From Gammaproteobacteria bacterium (GTDB lineage Bacteria; Pseudomonadota; Gammaproteobacteria; Eutrophobiales; Eutrophobiaceae), in assembly GCA_965222155.1 (NCBI GenBank), contig CBDCTH010000004.1, positions 1 to 64,000 of the forward strand: a stretch of 64,000 bases of DNA, written 5' to 3'. The position numbers were made by a program, and so were the translations under genes. Numbering within the stretch: the stretch's first letter is position 1; every line of letters starts with the position of its first letter. Of the stretch, positions 57,532 through 64,000 are shown one piece after another. The notes beneath the pieces are model-generated. The model was not told where the DNA came from. It was given only the letters and a program-made list of their open reading frames with translations, and made no database searches.

Positions 57532-60500
57532 CTAAGATTTAACAGTAACTTCCTTAAAATTGGGATTTCTAGTTGGTTTCCACTGCTGTAGCCTAGCAAT
57601 CTTTTTGAGCAGAGTCTTCCAGTAACATGACACTTCCTTCAGTGTCAGATGATTGGCTACAAAATTGTAGCCCCTGAAAATGAATACACACAAAATACAT
57701 CACTTGAATTGTTCACAACATGGCAGAGCCACACAGACACCTTTCTGCAATGTCTTGAGCAACTTGATCATTCTCACGAGCAAACTCCAGCAGCTCCCTA
57801 ATTATACACGACACAACAGCAGAAAATGAACCAACTCATTGCTTTATTATTAACCACTATACAAGCTTGCTCTTAATTAAGAGCCATAAGATATGGACCC
57901 AATGGACTATCCAAGCCGGGATGATCCTAACTAACGCTAAAAAGCCCAATGTGGTACAAAGCATAAGATTAATTTCTTAATTGTGAGTTCCAAGTGTGTG
58001 GAAGGTTTGTCATGAGTGCAGTGTTATTTTCTGTACTAATACTGGTGCTCTTACTCTCTTGATGATGTACATAGCTGGGTTGTCCACTCACCTTGCTTCT
58101 CCCAGGCTAACAGAAACCGGGATGTAGTGAACCCATGGTTTCAATTCTGGGTAGAAAAATTCAATCCACTCATCACCAACATGAAACACAAGAGACTTGC
58201 ACAAAAACAAATGTTTGAAACGAAAACTGGCAGCAACACCGCGGAAATTAAAGAGATACCTACCAAAACAGAAGCCAATAATACTACTTCACACATAAAT
58301 GACAGCTACACAGTCACTGACTTGTAATTACAATGATCTTCCAGTTTCACTTCCTTGGCTGGTGGGGCACCAAGAGTATCCTAGGAAGTCCATACATTGA
58401 CAATGGCAATGGCTATACTACTTAAGTCTACACAACCATACACCATCAGACTTCCAAGCTTGGTTCTTTGTGTACGAGGCATTCACAAGGTCTGGCTCTT
58501 GTCGAGACAACAGAATGAGAGGGTCTCGTTCAGCAGTTGTTCTGTTGTATGTTATACACATTAGTTTGACATACATAGCTGGTATTAAAAGTCAACATCT
58601 CACCTTGAACCAATGAAGAACCCTTTAGGCTCTTTCTTCTCCCATGGCCACACAATAGCTTTTCTACAACAAATGTGAGCTGCAAGAAACTACAAGAAAT
58701 GTACTGCTTGCTGTTACACAAACTTCATGAGAAGATCTCTCTGCACATCCCAACGTCCCAATCCTGTGGGATAGATAGGCCATACAGCAGGACCTCCCTC
58801 CCAGAACGTCCATGCTGGGTACATGATGTCTTTCTCACGGGGAGTTTTGCTGAATGACATGACAGGCAGCGGCTTAGTCCTTACAGGCACCTTGACAGAG
58901 AAACCAGCTGCATCATCATTAGGACCTTTACATGGGATTGACAGACTACTTTTGGATAATCTTGTACATTGATTATAAGTTCCATGTCTGGCAGACGGTC
59001 CAGTAGTTCCACAATGAAATGTTCAATACCAGAACATCTACCACAAAACAGTAAATTACTAATAAAATGAAAAGTGAATTATTCCTATGGAAATTTGTCA
59101 TTTAGAATACAGCAAACATTTAGAGAACACATGCCCATAATACAGTGGCACACCCACATGGCCACTAGCTGAATTTCAACACCCTGGAATTCAGATACAG
59201 TATGCAGGGTCTGGGAACAAGGCTACCTCTATCCTGGTATCATTCTATGTATTGTTTTCTACACTGCCACACTGGAGAAGTTAATTATTTAAGGTACTGT
59301 ACACTGTAACCATTTCGCTTTTTCAAAAATGTTACAAAATAATTTGCTGATTACCATATACTGTCCACTGTGACCTCCTAGCCTTATCCCCAGCAGGAGT
59401 GGCAATGTCCATCCCTGGCCAAGGCCCTGATGACAGTCATCTACGCCTTGGCCAGTGATGGACATCAACACTCCAGCTGGGGACGAGGCTAATGACCTCC
59501 TGCTTCAGCTAAAACTTACAATTTAGAATTTTCTCAGAAATTTGTTGTCCAAATGTACATACAAGTTGTAGGGACACCCAATGTAACCCCACTTTCATGC
59601 ACGAACTCTAGTTAGTCTTTTATGCTTTCATGGCAGTTTTTCTGCTCTTCTGTTACCTGTTCTTACCCACACTCTGATTACAACCTCATCGGGTCATTTC
59701 TGTCATAGTTTAATTCAACCTAATTCTCACAGAACTCACTAGACTTTGTCAACGTTTTGCAATAAGGGCAGAATCCAGTGCCGTAGTGGTTCATAATAGG
59801 AAAATGGCACCTGATCACAACCACGCCCACTTTCATATACCATTCAGGTTTCTTCATGTTGGAGCAATTTTACATCCTTGAAACAACTCAGATGATACAC
59901 CCAAGAGGTCAGCGTACCATAACAACAAGATGTATTAGCAGTTTGCCACTGCACAATTTTATTATAACAACAACAGCATTCCTCTAATTTGTGTACGTAC
60001 AATGAATACAAATTACTTGCCCAATGTAACATACACTGTATTGCAACGCAATATTTTCAAGCTCACAAATGTTAATCACAATGAAGATCCTGAATAAGCA
60101 AAAACTCCCTGCTAAGTCAGTATTATGGTAATGCCTGCTCCTTCTGCATAATACAAATTAAGACTATCTGTTATGGATTGACCAAGGAGCAATTTGCCAG
60201 ACAGACACTGTTAGTAGCCTCGTCCCCAGGTGTTGGTTGATTTTGGTCCCATCCAAAGCCCAGATGGTCTCATCTCTACAATGTTATGGAGATGAGGTCA
60301 TCCGAGCTTTGGCTGGGGATTGAAATCAACACAATGTCTGGGGCAAGGCTAAACTGGTAGTGGTTCAAGCATTACTAAATCAAATCTATGTAATACCTCT
60401 TTTATTACACTAAAAAAGTGACTGATGCCAATGCAAATTGTTTGTTTAGGTTTAGAGCAGAACGTAGCAATGTGTGGAACTATGTAGTTTTATCCCAAAT

Positions 60501-61350
60501 TCAGGTCTATATGTACATTTGCAAAAGCCTCATTCGGAGGTGTCCTTCCAAGGCATTGTGGCATTCCTCAAATTTATGGCAGTCACTACAGAATTATTTG
60601 CTAAATAACTTCCACATCAATCACCTCTCCTCAAGGGCATTCTACTACATTTCATGGAGGTCTAGAATTTTGCTAACTGAAAATCATATAATGCCACACC
60701 ATGCCAATCAACAGCCCACCTGAAAGGAAACATGCAGTCGTTCTGTCTGTATAGCCTGTGCTTGATAATCTGGTAGTGCACTCCTTTGGACACTGCTTCA
60801 TCAAAAACTTCTTTGCTAATGCCATCCTTCCAAATGCTTAGATCTTCCTCAATCACAGACGAATAGCATCCACCATCACACTTTTCAGTAGAACATTCCT
60901 CGTACAGAGAAACAGCCTCATTAATATTCTTCATGTACTTCTCCCAATGGCCATCTACACAAAACAATTAGATGACAAAAATGGATATCATCCACAAAGT
61001 TAGAAGAGCCGCAGATGGATCAACCAGTACAGTATACATAGAAGACCAATGAAGATATTCATCCACTGTACTTCTAAAATGAACATGCAGGACAAAAACG
61101 TTGACTTCCTTAGTGAAACTTTTTAGGTAGCTCTATAATATATCCTCAAAAATACGTGTTCACCAGCGTTAGGCGACGTTAACGCGCGCTAGACATGCAG
61201 CTTACGTTTGGAATATTTGCCAGTCACTCGGCTTTCAGCCTCATCTATGCAGCTTCCAGCTTCGTCTCTGCGAGTACAGTGGCCTCCTTCTGATTCGCCC
61301 TTGCAACACACCAATAACAAGAAGAAACAGACAGCCACAGGCATTGACAT
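57532..61350 (-). CDS. POGLUT1: Protein O-glucosyltransferase 1 (Rumi, CAP10/GT90 family), multi-exon
   Basis: Signal peptide [18 protein letters not shown] (alternative ATG at 61368). Then [30 protein letters not shown]...[93 protein letters not shown]. Stop at 57532. Confidence 0.96.
59379..59491. mobile_element. Short hairpin MITE of a TAGCCTCGTCCCCAG-terminated family (other copies 60215-60351 and from 5139)
   Basis: Termini TAGCCTTATCCCCAGC / GCTGGGGACGAGGCTA with internal inverted symmetry. The same terminus occurs at 5139 and 60215. Confidence 0.75.
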
Positions 61351-61402
61351 CCTGTCACTACCACGCATGCGCACAATAGAGACACGTGTCACAAGAACGA
61401 TT

Positions 61403-61456
61403 GTATTTATCAGACTACCAGGAAGTCTTTACCTGGCAATCGTCATTACACAATAC
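61403..61456 (-). promoter_or_regulatory. SECIS element 2 (distal) in the 3' UTR of the selenoprotein gene
   Basis: RNA: GUAUUGUGUA-AUGAC-GAUUGCCAGG-UAAAGACUU-CCUGGUAGUC-UGAU-AAAUAC. AUGA/GA core, fully paired 10-bp helix II, apical AAA and helix I GUAUU/AAUAC. Confidence 0.88.
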
Positions 61457-61515
61457 ACCCTTGCAATTTGTTCATTCTAATTCTGTACACTACAAAAGAC
61501 CAGCTTCTCTGGCAT

Positions 61516-61577
61516 GTCACTAACAATCAGACATTCCTGCCGTGTGGGGTTTAACAGAAATGCATCATCAATGTGAC
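61516..61577 (-). promoter_or_regulatory. SECIS element 1 (proximal) in the 3' UTR of the selenoprotein gene
   Basis: RNA: GUCACAUUG-AUGAU-GCAUUUCUGUU-AAACCCCACAC-GGCAGGAAUGUC-UGAU-UGUUAGUGAC. AUGA/GA core, 11-bp helix II with one bulged C, apical AAA and helix I GUCAC/GUGAC. Confidence 0.85.
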
Positions 61578-61633
61578 CATAGCCATAAAAACTGGTTAAA
61601 AGGTACATCATATTCCAAAGTCATCCCAGCCAT

Positions 61634-63301
61634 TTACTTTGCTCGAAGTTCTCTCCACTTTTGCCGTATTTTGAGGCACTGCTGTTTGATATTTGCATTC
61701 CACATAACACCAATAGCCAAAAGAACAAACCCGGTGTACGTCAGTATTACAGTGAAGAGAATGCCAACTGAAGTGAGGCAATGAACATTTTCTGATTCAC
61801 AGCCAATACGGTACTCAGCTGAGCCCTACAACAACACAAAATGGTGGTTAACATACAGGTACAGGTCTGACAAACAGTGGGAAGTGTCAGCTGTGCTAGA
61901 AAGAGCTGGAGGATGACAATGCACTAAAAGAGGCTGGAGTCAACATTCCCCTGGCATAGCCTCCTCCTTGAGCTTGTCATTCCGGATACTCTCCAGGGCA
62001 TGTTGACAAATAGTTCGACCAGTTCATTCATTACGCCATCACAATTTCAGAGCCAGCGTTGATGGACAGTCTTAAACTCTAGATCAACACACCATGCTTG
62101 AAAGAAGTTGGGCACTAACAGGTGAGTCAGTTTTCAAGTTTCCCTAACCAGGCATACTACACTCCTAAACCATTGCAGTGGTCTGTCTTTCACTCTCATC
62201 AGGCAACTAGGTGTTTCTCAAGGAATTCATGTGCTACACCTGATCAGTGCAAGTCAATTTCTGAAATGTGATCATGACTCATGGTTAGGGAGGTAAAGGG
62301 GGTCTGTCAATGTTGTGTTCAAATTAAAGGGAGGGTAAGAATTAATCCAAACATTGTTCAGACTTCAACATTTTATATATGTCCCCCAAACCATTTCTGT
62401 TTCACAAACATTGATTTATCACTAACCACATTACTAGTACTCTAGCCAGTGACGACTACCATTTCCAGTTACAACGTGTCAAGTACAGCATGGATGAACT
62501 ACATATAGGAAATGCACACAGCATAAGTTCAAAACAGTACATCTTTTTATGGTCCTATACGCTTTCGCTTCAGCTGTAGTAAGCAAATTGAATTTCAGTA
62601 GTACATAAACAAAAGATAAGAGAGACAGGGATTGCTCCTCTAAAGAGTTTTGTTGAAGCTGATATTCTAGCGTAAACAACTTTGAAGATTACTCATCAGC
62701 CTTTTGGAGGGATTACTCTGTACACTAAACGGCTGCTACAGCACCACTGTGACGTCACGTACACAACATGGGGACAAAAAGACCTGTTCATTACCATTCC
62801 ATTCCTCATGCTACTAGGCCAAAGACCACCGTCCTGCAGCACGTGACGCAGCGGTTCCGCCATGATGAAGATGGACGCCAACACGACGAGAATGAGAGGC
62901 CCGTATTTGTCTGGCCCTTTCCTCTGCCTCGCTTTGTAGATAATGTAGATGAGTAGTAGCAACAGCATAGTGGCTGTTATGACGATGCCCACTATGTGAC
63001 CAATTGACCGCGCTGCCGCCGTCACCGTCCCCGAAAAGAGGCCAATGACCAGCGCGGGCCAACATCATGCGCCAATAAGAGCCGGAATAGAGAAGATAAG
63101 AGTCAGGATAGAGATGACCAACCCTCCTTTGCCTCCCTTCTTCTTCCTCATTTTCTTTCCATCTTCTATCTCCTTATCGAACTGCGACCCGCTGTTCACG
63201 GTGCCAGCCTTCTCGCCGAACAGAGGCGTTGTCTCGCTTTCTCAGTCACCGCATTCCACGTCTGATTCGACCTTCTTGCCTTCGGACGGCATGGCACTCA
63301 T
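61634..63301 (-). CDS. Multi-pass membrane selenoprotein (MSP-like) with two in-frame UGA/Sec codons; exons 63301-62795 and 61825-61634, 232 aa
   Basis: ATG in good context (AAACAATG). Exon 1 reads MSAMPSEGKKVESDVECGD[UGA]ESETTPLFG...KGGLVISILTLIFSIPALIGA[UGA]CWPALVIGLF...YGPLILVVLASIFIMAEPLRHVLQD...NGM. A phase-0 GT-AG intron follows. Exon 2 reads GSAEYRIGCESENVHCLTSVGILFTVILTYTGFVLLAIGVMWNAN...KWRELRAK-TAA. The UGAs at 63242-63244 and 63065-63067 are the only interruptions, and two SECIS hairpins lie downstream. Confidence 0.88.
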
Positions 63302-63718
63302 TGTTTACTTCCAGAAACGTAGGTCTTTCGCAAATATGATGATGCAAAGATGCAATGAGCAACCGGAAGGCAAGTCACAAGACGAGTCACAAGACTGTCT
63401 CAAGTTGCTAGCAATACCTGCCCGTATGACATGACATTAGGAGGCGTGGCAAATGCGATTGAGCCCAAGTAATAAGGGACCGTCCGTAATTGCCGTATTT
63501 TTTAGTAGAGAGATAAACCAGGGTTAGTTGAAATTATTTGTGGGCAGCCATATGCATGTAAACAGTGCTTTCTTGTCTCAATTTTTACTAGCTAGCTACA
63601 CAGCAATTATTAGTTCAGTACAAACGTTAATTAACGTTTCAATAGCAGTCTGTAAATTATAAGTAAGCATTCCAATTTCAATGTCATACCCAGCTGCATG
63701 AGGGGAAAGTATGGTGTT

Positions 63719-64000
63719 CTAGGCCACATTTCCTCTCATACTGTCTATACCTACATGCCCTGCTAGACGACTCACCATGCCAGCAATATTTCCAGCCAAA
63801 CTAGCAGTCGCATTTTGTTCTTGACCTGTTCGTACTGTTGAACTGTATGAGGAAAGAAACAATTCCCTCACTTGGTCTAATCTCTGCCTTCTACTTGGAA
63901 CATTGTGTTCAATTTCTCTGCAACACAACAGCAGTGGAACAGGTGAAGCATGAACGCATGCAGGTAGCAACTTACAGTGTTGGAGGAGTGATACCATACT
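63719..64000 (-). CDS. Possible terminal exon of a gene continuing beyond the window
   Basis: Open frame runs from the window edge to TAG at 63719 with protein-like composition; no recognised motif. Confidence 0.35.
   Translation of the reverse strand, partial: SMVSLLQHCKLLPACVHASPVPLLLCCREIEHNVPSRRQRLDQVRELFLSSYSSTVRTGQEQNATASLAGNIAGMVSRLAGHVGIDSMRGNVA

Noticed and set aside
62696-63025. 109-aa ORF as a stand-alone gene
   Set aside because: It is the part of selenoprotein exon 1 after the second UGA, running on into the intron.
63045-63434. 129-aa plus-strand ORF
   Set aside because: Antisense shadow of the selenoprotein first exon; no motif.

Overview
Eukaryotic genomic DNA with many short GT-AG introns and microsatellites. 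It looks like an early-branching animal, possibly a sponge; that is inference from gene content and intron style. The first ~19 kb holds the 3' end of an SH3 gene and then decayed DNA: a hAT remnant, a CRE-like retroelement fragment, a Roc-COR-Death pseudogene split by a hAT MITE, an intronless creatine-kinase pseudogene and a long-TIR Tc1/mariner-type element. From 19 to 64 kb is a compact run of conserved genes: NCKIPSD/SPIN90 (two SH3 domains), MAPKAP1/Sin1 head-to-head with FAM72, SRPK and POGLUT1, with MITEs in the introns. The main finding, which the ORF track breaks into fragments, is a two-exon minus-strand gene at 61634-63301. It reads as one 232-codon membrane protein only if two in-frame UGA codons are decoded as selenocysteine (motifs C-G-D-U and G-A-U-C-W-P). 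Its 3' UTR has two tandem canonical SECIS hairpins, and a GC-rich hairpin follows the second UGA. It resembles the membrane selenoprotein (MSP) family of algae and protists, which is not part of the standard animal selenoproteome. All calls come from reading the sequence by hand and from recalled family motifs; no database searches were run.
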